From Candidatus Aldehydirespiratoraceae bacterium (GTDB lineage: Bacteria; Actinomycetota; Acidimicrobiia; Acidimicrobiales; Aldehydirespiratoraceae): a DNA stretch of 64,000 nucleotides. Shown here piece after piece: positions 43,423 through 51,483 of the stretch (position 1 is its first letter; every line of letters starts with the position of its first letter). The stretch spans positions 6,945 through 70,944 of the forward strand of contig JBLIOE010000017.1 in NCBI GenBank assembly GCA_047639555.1, given 5' to 3'. The notes below the pieces were generated by a model that did not search any database, was not told the DNA's origin, and saw only the letters and a list, made by a program, of their open reading frames with translations. The translations under genes and the position numbers were made by a program.

Positions 43423-44297
43423 ATCGTTCGCATTGGTGCAATCACTTGCTCGGCGAATCGCTCGATCGGTTCGGTGTCGGACGGGTTGCCGAAGTCGAGC
43501 ACGAAGTGACTGACTCCGACGGCCACCTGCTTCTGGAGGAGCTCGACCCACTGGGCCGAGTCTTCATCGGTTTCGGGAAGCGGCCGCTCGTTGGTGGTGG
43601 CGATCACGATCGACTCAGGGTCTCGGCCAGCTGCCTCCGCGGCGCGGTGGACGATGCCCTTCTTGCGATTCCAGTCGTCCTTGTTGCCGGCGAAGCCGTG
43701 CCAGATATCAGCCTGGCGACCGGCCAGGGGAAGGCCGATCTGTTCGCCGTTAGCGCCGATGCAGATTGGCGGCACGACGTCAGGCCGCGGGGGAGCAGAG
43801 GCACCGTCTATTTGGTAATGGACGCCCTGATAACTGGGCTCGTCCTCGGTCCACATGAGGCGACAGATCTCGATCACTTCTTCGAGCTGAGCAAACCGCA
43901 CGGCGGGTCGGGGAAAGTCGTAGCCGTACGCCTCGTACTCGTCGCCGCGCCAACCGGCGCCGATCCCGAGCGTGAAGCGCCCACCGCTGAAGACCTGGAG
44001 CGTGGCGGCCATCTTGGCGGTGAGCGCCGGCGGTCGATAGCCGTGCCCGAGCACGTGGTGGCACAACTCGACATTGTCGAACTTCGCCGCGATCCAGGTG
44101 AGCGTGGTCCACGCCTCGACGAACGGATCCGTCTTCTTGTCGAACCCGTAGAAGTGGTCGGCAATCCACACCGAATCGAAGTACTGCGTGGCCGTCGGAA
44201 GGATGTCACGACACTGATCGACCACGATCGGTCGATGGTCGCTCCACTGATTACCGATACACGGCGAGAGCCATCCGAATTTGAGGGGATGTGTCAT
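43419..44297 (-). CDS. LLM-class (luciferase-like) flavin/F420-dependent oxidoreductase
   Basis: Motifs are FDSVWIADHF and GGRFTLGIGAGW. The start is ATG 44297, or TTG 44303 as in the track. Confidence 0.8.
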   Translation of the reverse strand: MTHPLKFGWLSPCIGNQWSDHRPIVVDQCRDILPTATQYFDSVWIADHFYGFDKKTDPFVEAWTTLTWIAAKFDNVELCHHVLGHGYRPPALTAKMAATLQVFSGGRFTLGIGAGWRGDEYEAYGYDFPRPAVRFAQLEEVIEICRLMWTEDEPSYQGVHYQIDGASAPPRPDVVPPICIGANGEQIGLPLAGRQADIWHGFAGNKDDWNRKKGIVHRAAEAAGRDPESIVIATTNERPLPETDEDSAQWVELLQKQVAVGVSHFVLDFGNPSDTEPIERFAEQVIAPMRTI

Positions 44298-44344
44298 CCC
44301 CAATGTTTAGTCGGTGATGTTTAGAAGGCAAGGCCGAGTCGGGA

Positions 44345-46240
44345 TCACTCCTCGTAGCGGCGAGCACGCGCTTTCTTGCCACGGATGCTCGTTGCGAGGA
44401 TCGCGTCGATGGTGCTGTCGACGGACGCTTCGGGCACACCAACCACCGAGTAGCTGTCGGAGATACGGATGGGACCGATGTCTCGGCCGGTCAACTCGGT
44501 CTCGTTGGCGATCGCTCCCACGAGGTCGCCGGGCCGTATGCCGGCCTTTCGCCCGAGACCTACGTAGATGAGGCTTGTGCCCGGACCAACGTTGCCCTTC
44601 GGGCGAGCCTGTGGCTTCGTGAACTTGCTGCCGGGCCCGTAATTCTCTTCCTTGCGGTTCTTCTTCTTGGGCCGCTCTTCCGAGACATCGGGGATCTCGC
44701 GCTCGTCGGTGGTGGCGCCACGGGCCTGGTGGAACATTTTGATCGCGGCCAGGGCGATGTTGCGGTCGCTGTCTTCCCCGGCCAAGCCGTGGAGTACCCC
44801 GTTGTAGTCGTCGAGATCGTCGTCGCTGAGCGCTTCGCGAATGGCCTCGATCGTGACTTCGAGGTGGTGGGCCCGAAGGTCCGCCACCGTTGGGACCTTG
44901 GCGATTTCGATTTTCTGCTTCGTGAGCCGCTCGATGTTGCCGAGCAGTCGTTTCTGCTTCGGTTCGACAAGGGTGATTGCCACACCTTCGCGACCGGCCC
45001 GACCGACACGACCGATGCGGTGGACATAGCTTTCTGAGGCGGCCGGCACGTCGTAGTTGACGACGTGGGTGAGCGTGTCGACATCGAGGCCGCGGGCGGC
45101 GACGTCGGTGGCCACGAGCAGTTCGGCGGTACCGTCGCGGAGACGACCCATCACTCGGTCACGTTGGTGCTGGTCCATGCCACCGTGCAACGCCTCGGCG
45201 CTATAGCCGCGGCCGTTCATGGTGGTGGTGAGATCGTCGACCTCTCGGCGGGTGCGGCAGAACACGATGGCTGAGGTGGGGCCTTCGACGTCGAGGATGC
45301 GACCGAGCGCCGAAGCCTTGTGCGAGCGGGGTACGACATAGGCGGTCTGGCGGACCAGCGTTTTGCCGGCCGGAGTGTTGCCAGCGCCGATACGAATACG
45401 AACCGGATCACGCTGGTACTTCTTCGTGATTGCCTCGATGCGAGGCGGCATCGTGGCGGAGAACATCACGGTCTGACGATCGGCCGGGGTCTTCTCGAGG
45501 ATGGTCTCGATGTCTTCGGTGAAGCCCATGTCGAGCATCTCGTCGGCCTCGTCGAGGACGACGGTGGAGATGTTGTCGAGCTTCAGCGAGCCACGGCGAA
45601 TGTGGTCGATCGCTCGACCCGGGGTGGCCACAACAACATGGACGCCACGATCAAGAGCTTGGAGCTGGCGCACGATCGGTTGACCGCCATAGATCGGCAC
45701 AACCTTGACACCCTGCTTAGCGCCGTACTTGAACACGGCCTCGCTGACCTGTACCGCGAGCTCGCGGGTGGGTACGACGATAAGAGCAGAGGGTTTGGCT
45801 TTGGCGCCCGGTTCGATGTTGTTGAGTAAGGGGAGCGCGAACGCCGCGGTCTTGCCGGTGCCGGTGGCGGCTTGGCCGACCAGGTCGGCGCCGGACAGAA
45901 GAAGAGGAATGGTCTCGCGCTGAATCGGCGTCGGCTCTTCGTAGCCAAGGTCGTTGGTGGTCTTCACCAGCTCGGCGCGGAGCCCAAGCGCTGCGAAGCC
46001 AGTCAGTTCCTCCGGCTCTTCAACGGTTTCGGGCTCCTCGGCGGCTTCGGGCTCGCCGGTTTCGGCCTCTTCCGCAACGATGGCGGCTTCGGGCTCCACA
46101 ACGGCTTCGGGCTCGGTGTCTGCTTCTTCCGCAACAACGGCGGGCGCTTCAGGAGCGGCGGTCTCTTCGGTTTCTTCGCCGGGCGTGTCGTCGCCGCCAA
46201 AGAGTGTGGGCGTATCGTCGCCCTCAGAGTGATTGGTCAT
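44345..46240 (-). CDS. DEAD-box ATP-dependent RNA helicase (DeaD/CsdA-like, with DbpA-type C-terminal RNA-binding domain)
   Basis: 631 aa. Motifs are AATGTGKT, PTRELA, VLDEADEM, SAT and HRIGRVGRAG. The N-terminus is an acidic E/A/P/V-rich low-complexity stretch. Confidence 0.9.
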   Translation of the reverse strand: MTNHSEGDDTPTLFGGDDTPGEETEETAAPEAPAVVAEEADTEPEAVVEPEAAIVAEEAETGEPEAAEEPETVEEPEELTGFAALGLRAELVKTTNDLGYEEPTPIQRETIPLLLSGADLVGQAATGTGKTAAFALPLLNNIEPGAKAKPSALIVVPTRELAVQVSEAVFKYGAKQGVKVVPIYGGQPIVRQLQALDRGVHVVVATPGRAIDHIRRGSLKLDNISTVVLDEADEMLDMGFTEDIETILEKTPADRQTVMFSATMPPRIEAITKKYQRDPVRIRIGAGNTPAGKTLVRQTAYVVPRSHKASALGRILDVEGPTSAIVFCRTRREVDDLTTTMNGRGYSAEALHGGMDQHQRDRVMGRLRDGTAELLVATDVAARGLDVDTLTHVVNYDVPAASESYVHRIGRVGRAGREGVAITLVEPKQKRLLGNIERLTKQKIEIAKVPTVADLRAHHLEVTIEAIREALSDDDLDDYNGVLHGLAGEDSDRNIALAAIKMFHQARGATTDEREIPDVSEERPKKKNRKEENYGPGSKFTKPQARPKGNVGPGTSLIYVGLGRKAGIRPGDLVGAIANETELTGRDIGPIRISDSYSVVGVPEASVDSTIDAILATSIRGKKARARRYEE

Positions 46241-46329
46241 TCGGTACTACTTCCCTGGTGACGAGAGGTATCCCGTCGAACTGAACCAGTCTACGGTCGT
46301 CATCGGCGCACGCGGATAGGGTCCTTGGC

Positions 46330-46812
46330 GTGACCGCACTCCGAGGCCTCGCCGGTGGAATGGCCCGCAACTCCGCCACCATCTGGAAGGCCGTTGCCCA
46401 GGCCGTCGACCCGCCCGAAACGAAGGCTGAGAACGCGACCAAACCCGGCTCTACGACAGCCGAGAGTCCCGCGGGTGGGACCACGGCAGAACCGGGTCAA
46501 ATGATGGTCCCGATCGACACCTGGACGCGCATCCTCGAACAGGTCGGCAACGTCCACGAGTCCGGCCAACAGCTGGCCGATGCCAAAGAGCGCGCCGCTC
46601 GGGCGGAGACCGAGAACGAGTTCCTGAAGGAACAGCTACGAGATCTGAAGTCGCAGAAGAAAACGCCACGTCGCCCGGCGGCTCCGGCCACACCGGCGGC
46701 GGTTTCAAAACCGGCGCCCGTCGACGAGATGCCTTCCACGCCTCGAGCACAAGCAGTCGAGCGCCTTACCCGAGCCCGCAAGCGGGCCAGCCGCTGGCTC
46801 AGCCCGGAATAG
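46330..46812 (+). CDS. hypothetical protein with predicted coiled-coil segment
   Basis: 160 aa. LADAKERAARAETENEFLKEQLRDLKSQ is flanked by Pro/Ala-rich regions. The start is uncertain. Confidence 0.5.
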   Translation: MTALRGLAGGMARNSATIWKAVAQAVDPPETKAENATKPGSTTAESPAGGTTAEPGQMMVPIDTWTRILEQVGNVHESGQQLADAKERAARAETENEFLKEQLRDLKSQKKTPRRPAAPATPAAVSKPAPVDEMPSTPRAQAVERLTRARKRASRWLSPE

Positions 46813-47731
46813 CCGGCTCGGCGCTCAGCGCCATCAGTTCTTCTGCTACGAGCCGCGTGATGTCACGCTGCGGACCGAGACGCCATTCGCGCCACGGAAG
46901 CCAGTCGTACCACTTCGCCAACTCGGTGAAGTCGAGCTTGGCGACGATGAGATCTTCGTCTTCGCCCGCCTGCGCGAGCACGACTCCGAAGCCGGGAAAC
47001 TCTGGTCCGCCAATCACACTGCCGCCGGCCCAGGTGGAGCCACCGTGGGAGTTGCCGATCCGATTCGCGGAAGCAGCAAAGACGAGATTTTCCTGCGCCC
47101 GGATCAGTGTGGCGTCTTCGAGATTCTCTTTCGCCCGGGGCAAGTCCGACCGGCCGGTGGGGTTCACCAACAGCCGGGCGCCCTTGAGGGCGAGGACTCG
47201 ACATAGCTCTGGGTTGTTGTAGAAGTCGTAGCAGATTGAGATTCCGATCGGCCCGAGGTCGGTCTCGAACACCGGCAACTCGGAGCCAGGCGTGAATCGG
47301 TCGGTCTCCAGCGGAATGCCGAGGTGGAGCTTCCGGTAGGTGCCGATGAGCCCCCTCGGGCTAACGATGTTGGCCGAGTTGTAGATCGTGCCGGCGTCGA
47401 GGACATCTCGCTCTTCGAAGCCGTAGATCACATGGATGCCGTGCTCGGCGGCTGCGCTGGCGATGGTGCCGCAGCTGGGACCGTTGGCCAGTTCGGCCTG
47501 GCCGAGATGCCAGTCACACGGAGCGTGCGCCGCTGAGCAGTCGTCGCAGCCACCCCAGGTATTCAGAGCCAGTTCCGGGAAGATCACAAGGTCAGCGCCA
47601 GCATTTGCCGCGTCGGCGATGACCATCGTCATTTTGGTTGCCGTGGCGGCCTTGTCCCGAGGCAGGGCTTCAAAGTTGGAGCAGGCGACCGTGATCGCAG
47701 TCGGACCTAGGGCAGGATCGTCAGGACGCAT
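46799..47731 (-). CDS. carbon-nitrogen hydrolase (nitrilase/amidase superfamily)
   Basis: The track start at 47815 would run into tRNA-Lys. I prefer ATG 47731; 47791 is also possible. The E-K-C triad contexts are VIFPELAL, YRKLHL and GISICYD. Confidence 0.8.
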   Translation of the reverse strand: MRPDDPALGPTAITVACSNFEALPRDKAATATKMTMVIADAANAGADLVIFPELALNTWGGCDDCSAAHAPCDWHLGQAELANGPSCGTIASAAAEHGIHVIYGFEERDVLDAGTIYNSANIVSPRGLIGTYRKLHLGIPLETDRFTPGSELPVFETDLGPIGISICYDFYNNPELCRVLALKGARLLVNPTGRSDLPRAKENLEDATLIRAQENLVFAASANRIGNSHGGSTWAGGSVIGGPEFPGFGVVLAQAGEDEDLIVAKLDFTELAKWYDWLPWREWRLGPQRDITRLVAEELMALSAEPAIPG

Positions 47732-47810
47732 TCGGACAGTGTCGCATTCCACTCCAAAACGAAGAAATCCCGGGCCTGACCGAGTGGTCATGACCTGGGA
47801 TCTCCGGAAG

Positions 47811-47883
47811 TGCACCCCCTGGGAATTGAACCCAGAACCTGCGGATTAAGAGTCCGATGCTCTACCAATTGAGCTAGAGGTGC
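47811..47883 (-). tRNA. tRNA-Lys (anticodon CTT)
   Basis: Reverse complement is GCACCTCTAGCTCAATTGGTAGAGCATCGGACTCTTAATCCGCAGGTTCTGGGTTCAATTCCCAGGGGGTGCA, with anticodon loop CTCTTAA. Confidence 0.9.
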
Positions 47884-47910
47884 ATGTATTACTTCGAAAA
47901 GAATTCTATG

Positions 47911-47985
47911 GGTGAACGAGGGGATTCGAACCCCCGGCCTCCTGGACCACAACCAGGCGCTCTAACCAACTGAGCTACGCCCACC
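47911..47985 (-). tRNA. tRNA-His (anticodon GTG) with encoded G-1
   Basis: Reverse complement is GGTGGGCGTAGCTCAGTTGGTTAGAGCGCCTGGTTGTGGTCCAGGAGGCCGGGGGTTCGAATCCCCTCGTTCACCC. Anticodon stem is CCTGG/CCAGG with loop TTGTGGT. The extra 5' G pairs with C73. Confidence 0.9.
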
Positions 47986-48099
47986 ACGCTGACCCGAAGG
48001 TCAGGCGAAGCCGGAGTGTATCGGGATCGACTGCCCGAGGTCTACCTTGTTTCGATGCCGCGATCGGCGAGAGCGCGAGAGCATCTACAATCGTGGATT

Positions 48100-48348
48100 A
48101 TGTCCTTTCGTTCACGGTTCTCCCGCAAGAAAAAGGCCGTTCGGAGCTTGGGCGACACCGGCGACCTGGCCGGCGAGCTTGACGCGAAGCGCGGCAACAA
48201 CATCAATGTCGTGGATTCCCCCGGAAACTTCCCGCCGAATCGAGACGCCATCAAAAACCTGTCGGCCGCAGCACGAGACGCTCGGTACGTCGATCGGACG
48301 AGCGAAGACAACCTAATTACCGACCTGAAGGACTATCGGGCGACGTGA
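48100..48348 (+). CDS. hypothetical small basic/acidic protein (82 aa) between tRNA-His and tRNA-Arg
   Basis: Part of track ORF 48016..48348, beginning MSFRSRFSRKKKAV. Hand count gives G/C at about 61 of 82 third positions, and composition is ordinary. There is no SD sequence and the region has lower GC than its surroundings. Confidence 0.45.
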   Translation: MSFRSRFSRKKKAVRSLGDTGDLAGELDAKRGNNINVVDSPGNFPPNRDAIKNLSAAARDARYVDRTSEDNLITDLKDYRAT

Positions 48349-48375
48349 CGAGCGCCGCTGCGCATACCCTGTTGC

Positions 48376-48450
48376 TGCCCCCGTAGCTCAACTGGATAGA
48401 GCAGCGAGCTTCTACCTCGCAGGTTGCAGGTTCGAGTCCTGTCGGGGGTG
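48376..48450 (+). tRNA. tRNA-Arg (anticodon TCT)
   Basis: GCCCCCGTAGCTCAACTGGATAGAGCAGCGAGCTTCTACCTCGCAAGGTTGCAGGTTCGAGTCCTGTCGGGGGTG. Anticodon stem is GCGAG/CTCGC with loop CTTCTAC. Confidence 0.9.
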
Positions 48451-48476
48451 CTCCTGTTGTAGAGAACACGTCGGTC
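48445..48476 (+). repeat. repeat copy A (starts in the last 6 nt of tRNA-Arg and extends into its 3' flank)
   Basis: ggggtgctcctgttgtagagaacacgtcggtc. It is 22/24 identical to copy B at 50468. It shares ggggtgctcYtg and acgtcggtc with copy C at 54003. Confidence 0.5.
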
Positions 48477-48501
48477 TCTGCTGGACGCCTAAGGTCGAGG
48501 C

Positions 48502-49830
48502 GTGGACCGCCCGGAAACGCTTTACATCGATTCGGGCGGCACCTCCATCGCGTATCAGCAATTCGGTGACGGGATCGAACCGCTTCTGGCCGTCGGCGCC
48601 CAGCTGAACCACATCGAGACGATGTGGGAGGTCCCGGTGATGGCGCGCCACATGCGCCAACTGGGTTCATTCGCTCGGATCACGTTCTTCGACCGTCGCG
48701 GCATCGGGCAGTCCGATCGACCGGCACCGGACCCGCCGACGACCATCGAAGATCATGTGGCTGATATCGGGGCGCTCGTCGACGAAATCGGAGCTGGGCC
48801 GGTCAAGATCTTTGCGAGCGCGGAAGGCTGTGCTCCGGCGATTGCGTTCGCGGCGCAGCATCCACACAAGGTCTCGCAACTGATGCTCTACGCGGCAACC
48901 GCTCGACTGAGCCAGGCCGATGACTATCCGATCGGGATCCCGGCCGAGTTCTTGCAGGTCGACTTCAGCAGCTGGGGCGACGCTGCGTCGCCGCAGAGCA
49001 TCGACATCATCACGCCGAGCATGGTCGATGATCCCGAATGGCGCTCGACGTATGCTCGGATGCAGAGATTGTCGGGAAGTCCCAAGTCGGCTCAACGGTT
49101 CTGGGAGCTCACCAGCACTTTCGACGTCCGTGAGAGCGTGCCGCTGGTTCGATGTCCGGTCCTACTTGTGCACATCGCCGGCGACCTTCTCTATCCGCTT
49201 TCGCACAGCCGTTGGCTCGTCGAGCGAATTCCGGATGCGCAGCTCGTGGAGTTGGAGGGGGACGACCACTTCTACTTCCACGAGAACGCCGATGCGGTTG
49301 CCGAAGCCATCGAACAGTTCTTGGTGGGGACGAGCCGAGCGGGGTCCTACGGCCAAGAACTCGCAACTATTCTCTTCGTTGACCTTGTCGACTCGACGCC
49401 GACAGCCACGCGATTGGGGACGAGAGCGTGGCGGGAGAAGCTCGACCTCATCAACCAGAGTTTGTCGGCAGAAGTAGAGCGTCATTCTGGGCGGATCGTG
49501 AAGGACCTCGGCGACGGCCTCCTTGCGTGTTTCTCTATTCCGAGCGGTGCGATCGACTTCGCCGACGATGCCCATCGGGTCGCCGCTCGGCACGAAGTCG
49601 AACTACGCGTGGGGATCCATATCGGCGAGGTCGAGCGCCGAGGCGACGACGTGATCGGCCCGGCAGTGAATGTCGCCGCACGCATTCAGAGCGCAGCTCG
49701 GCCAACGCAGACCCTCGTGAGTCGAGGCGTTCGAGAGGCGCTCGTCGGCGGCCGTCGAGAGATCTCGCCGGCTGGCGACTACGAGCTCAAGGGGTTCGAT
49801 GAGAGCTGGCCGCTCTATCAACCGATGTAG
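48502..49830 (+). CDS. alpha/beta-hydrolase domain fused to a class III adenylate/guanylate cyclase domain
   Basis: 442 aa. The N-terminal part has IAYQQFGDG...FFDRRGIGQSDR...FASAEGCAP (nucleophile elbow with Glu in place of the usual Ser/Asp context) ...GDDHFYF. The C-terminal part has ILFVDLVDST, VKDLGDGLLACF, RVGIHIGE and GPAVNVAARI. Confidence 0.8.
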   Translation: MDRPETLYIDSGGTSIAYQQFGDGIEPLLAVGAQLNHIETMWEVPVMARHMRQLGSFARITFFDRRGIGQSDRPAPDPPTTIEDHVADIGALVDEIGAGPVKIFASAEGCAPAIAFAAQHPHKVSQLMLYAATARLSQADDYPIGIPAEFLQVDFSSWGDAASPQSIDIITPSMVDDPEWRSTYARMQRLSGSPKSAQRFWELTSTFDVRESVPLVRCPVLLVHIAGDLLYPLSHSRWLVERIPDAQLVELEGDDHFYFHENADAVAEAIEQFLVGTSRAGSYGQELATILFVDLVDSTPTATRLGTRAWREKLDLINQSLSAEVERHSGRIVKDLGDGLLACFSIPSGAIDFADDAHRVAARHEVELRVGIHIGEVERRGDDVIGPAVNVAARIQSAARPTQTLVSRGVREALVGGRREISPAGDYELKGFDESWPLYQPM

Positions 49831-49934
49831 CTCCCCGGGTTTCGCGCCGCGGAGTCGAGCTGAGGTCTCGCACCCGCGTGAATTGGTGAGTCGCCGAGAA
49901 GCGATTTGCTCGCCAGAGAGCGCAGCAGCGCCGC

Positions 49935-50365
49935 CTATTGGGCTTCCTGAGTAGGCGCCGCGGGTCCAGTTTCTTCACAGTATTTCTTCAACTGATTGGC
50001 CTGTTCCTTGAAGCCCTGGTCGGTATGCCTGAATGGCATCAGTGGTTTGAGCGGACCCCAGAATTTCTCATAGGTCGTGTACATGGTGGCATTACCGTTG
50101 TCGGTGGGCTTCAGCTGATGATGCCGTTCAGACCGCATGAGACCAATGGAGGCAGTTCGGGAGGCGAACTGGTGCACCCATTCCGCTTGCCCAATTTCAC
50201 GCTCAGCCGAATTGGACTCCCAATGGACTGGAGGTCGCCGTCGACCGCGAATATGAACTCGTTCCAGATTGGGTACGAATCGCCATCCAGCAGCACGGAC
50301 CAGACGTGGCGGATCGGACTGTCGATCCGGACTTCTGCCGCGGGTGGGTAGTGCGAGGAACTCAT
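49935..50365 (-). pseudogene. SRPBCC (polyketide-cyclase/START-like) family protein with an interrupted reading frame (probably a 1-nt indel)
   Basis: Track ORFs 50111..50395 and 49935..50177 (both minus) overlap. The first reads MSSSHYPPAAEVRIDSPIRHVWSVLLDGDSYPIWNEF...RLSVKLGKR. The -1 frame continues as EWVHQFASRTASIGLMRSERHHQLKPTDNGNATMYTTYEKFWGPL. One extra G in cgg|aat (plus-strand CC run 50183-50184) restores ...GKREWVH... GC content is clearly lower than in neighbouring genes. Confidence 0.6.
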
Positions 50366-50467
50366 GACATGGATCCGCACCTGTTGTCTGTGCAACTCAA
50401 GAGCATGAGACGAGGCTAGAGGCCCCCGCTGCGTGACGTAAGCAGTGCTGCGACACTCTTTCGGCCC

Positions 50468-50501
50468 GGGGTGCTGCTGTTGCAGAGAACAGAACGTTCT
50501 C
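50468..50501 (+). repeat. repeat copy B
   Basis: ggggtgctgctgttgcagagaacagaacgttctc. It lies in the 215-bp gap between the SRPBCC gene start and the znuB stop. It contains the hairpin GAGAAC-agaac-GTTCTC. Confidence 0.5.
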
Positions 50502-50580
50502 CTTTATCAGAGAGCTGATCAGCTCCCTCGCAGGACCCGGCGCGTAGAACGCTGCGGTTCCCTGAACTGGCGTGTTCGCG

Positions 50581-51468
50581 TCAGGATTGGAATCGAGGCG
50601 CGAGGCTCGCGATGGCCGGCGGCGGTGCATCTTTCGATGGTCCAGCGTTGCGAAGGGCTTGCACGATCTCCCGTCCGATCAGGACGATGAAGAATTGCAG
50701 GACACTGAGCCCGGCGATGGTCGCCCCGCCAGCAGTGCCGTGATGGAAACTCACGACCAACCCTGCGACGACGGCCACCGCGCCGAGCCCAATGGAGGTC
50801 ATCATGATGATCGGGACACGATGTACGAGCAGTGATGCGGTGGCCGGCGGGCCGACCAGCAAACCGAACACCAGCAAGGTGCCGATGGCCTGGAAGCTGG
50901 CCACAATGCTCAACGCCAACAAGGCCAACAACGCGGTCTGTGCGAGGCGGGGTCGCATGCCGAGTGTTTGTGCTTTGGCCCGGTTGAATGTGAGCGCAAG
51001 GAATGGTCGGTACAACACAACGGTGATCACCGCGACTACGGCCGTGGCGACAAGCTGGGTACGGATGTCGGCGACGGTCACTCCGAGAACGTCGCCGAAC
51101 AACAGCGCGGTCACCTCGGTCGAAAACGACCGGGACTGCGACACGATCACGATCCCCAAAGAGAGCATCCCAACGAACAGCAGGCCGATCGCGGTGTCTT
51201 CGCGAACCAGGGTGCGGGTAGACACGACGCTCACGAGCCCGCTCATCACCAACGATGCGATGAGCGCGCCGACAATCGGACTGAACCCCCACATGACAGC
51301 GAGCGCGATACCAGGAATCACGCCGTGAGCGAGTGCGTCGCCAAGAAAGGCGAGGCCGCGCAGCACGACCCACGTGCCGACGAGCGACGTTGCGATCGCC
51401 GCGATGAGGCTGCCGATGAGGGCCCGCTGCATAAAGGCCGGCTCGAAGGCCTCGAAGATGTATTCCAT
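50581..51468 (-). CDS. znuB: metal (zinc-type) ABC transporter permease, ABC-3 family
   Basis: 295 aa and polytopic. Shows FMQRALIGSLIAAIATSLVGTWVVLRGLAFLGDALAHGVIPG. Confidence 0.85.
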   Translation of the reverse strand: MEYIFEAFEPAFMQRALIGSLIAAIATSLVGTWVVLRGLAFLGDALAHGVIPGIALAVMWGFSPIVGALIASLVMSGLVSVVSTRTLVREDTAIGLLFVGMLSLGIVIVSQSRSFSTEVTALLFGDVLGVTVADIRTQLVATAVVAVITVVLYRPFLALTFNRAKAQTLGMRPRLAQTALLALLALSIVASFQAIGTLLVFGLLVGPPATASLLVHRVPIIMMTSIGLGAVAVVAGLVVSFHHGTAGGATIAGLSVLQFFIVLIGREIVQALRNAGPSKDAPPPAIASLAPRFQS

Positions 51469-51483
51469 CGCCGTACTTCGTAA

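Noticed and set aside
45985-46215. The repeat-rich DNA in the helicase 5' region as a possible CRISPR or tandem-repeat locus.
   Set aside because: The repeats are imperfect, in frame, and translate to a continuous acidic low-complexity N-terminus. There is no repeat-spacer periodicity and there are no cas genes.
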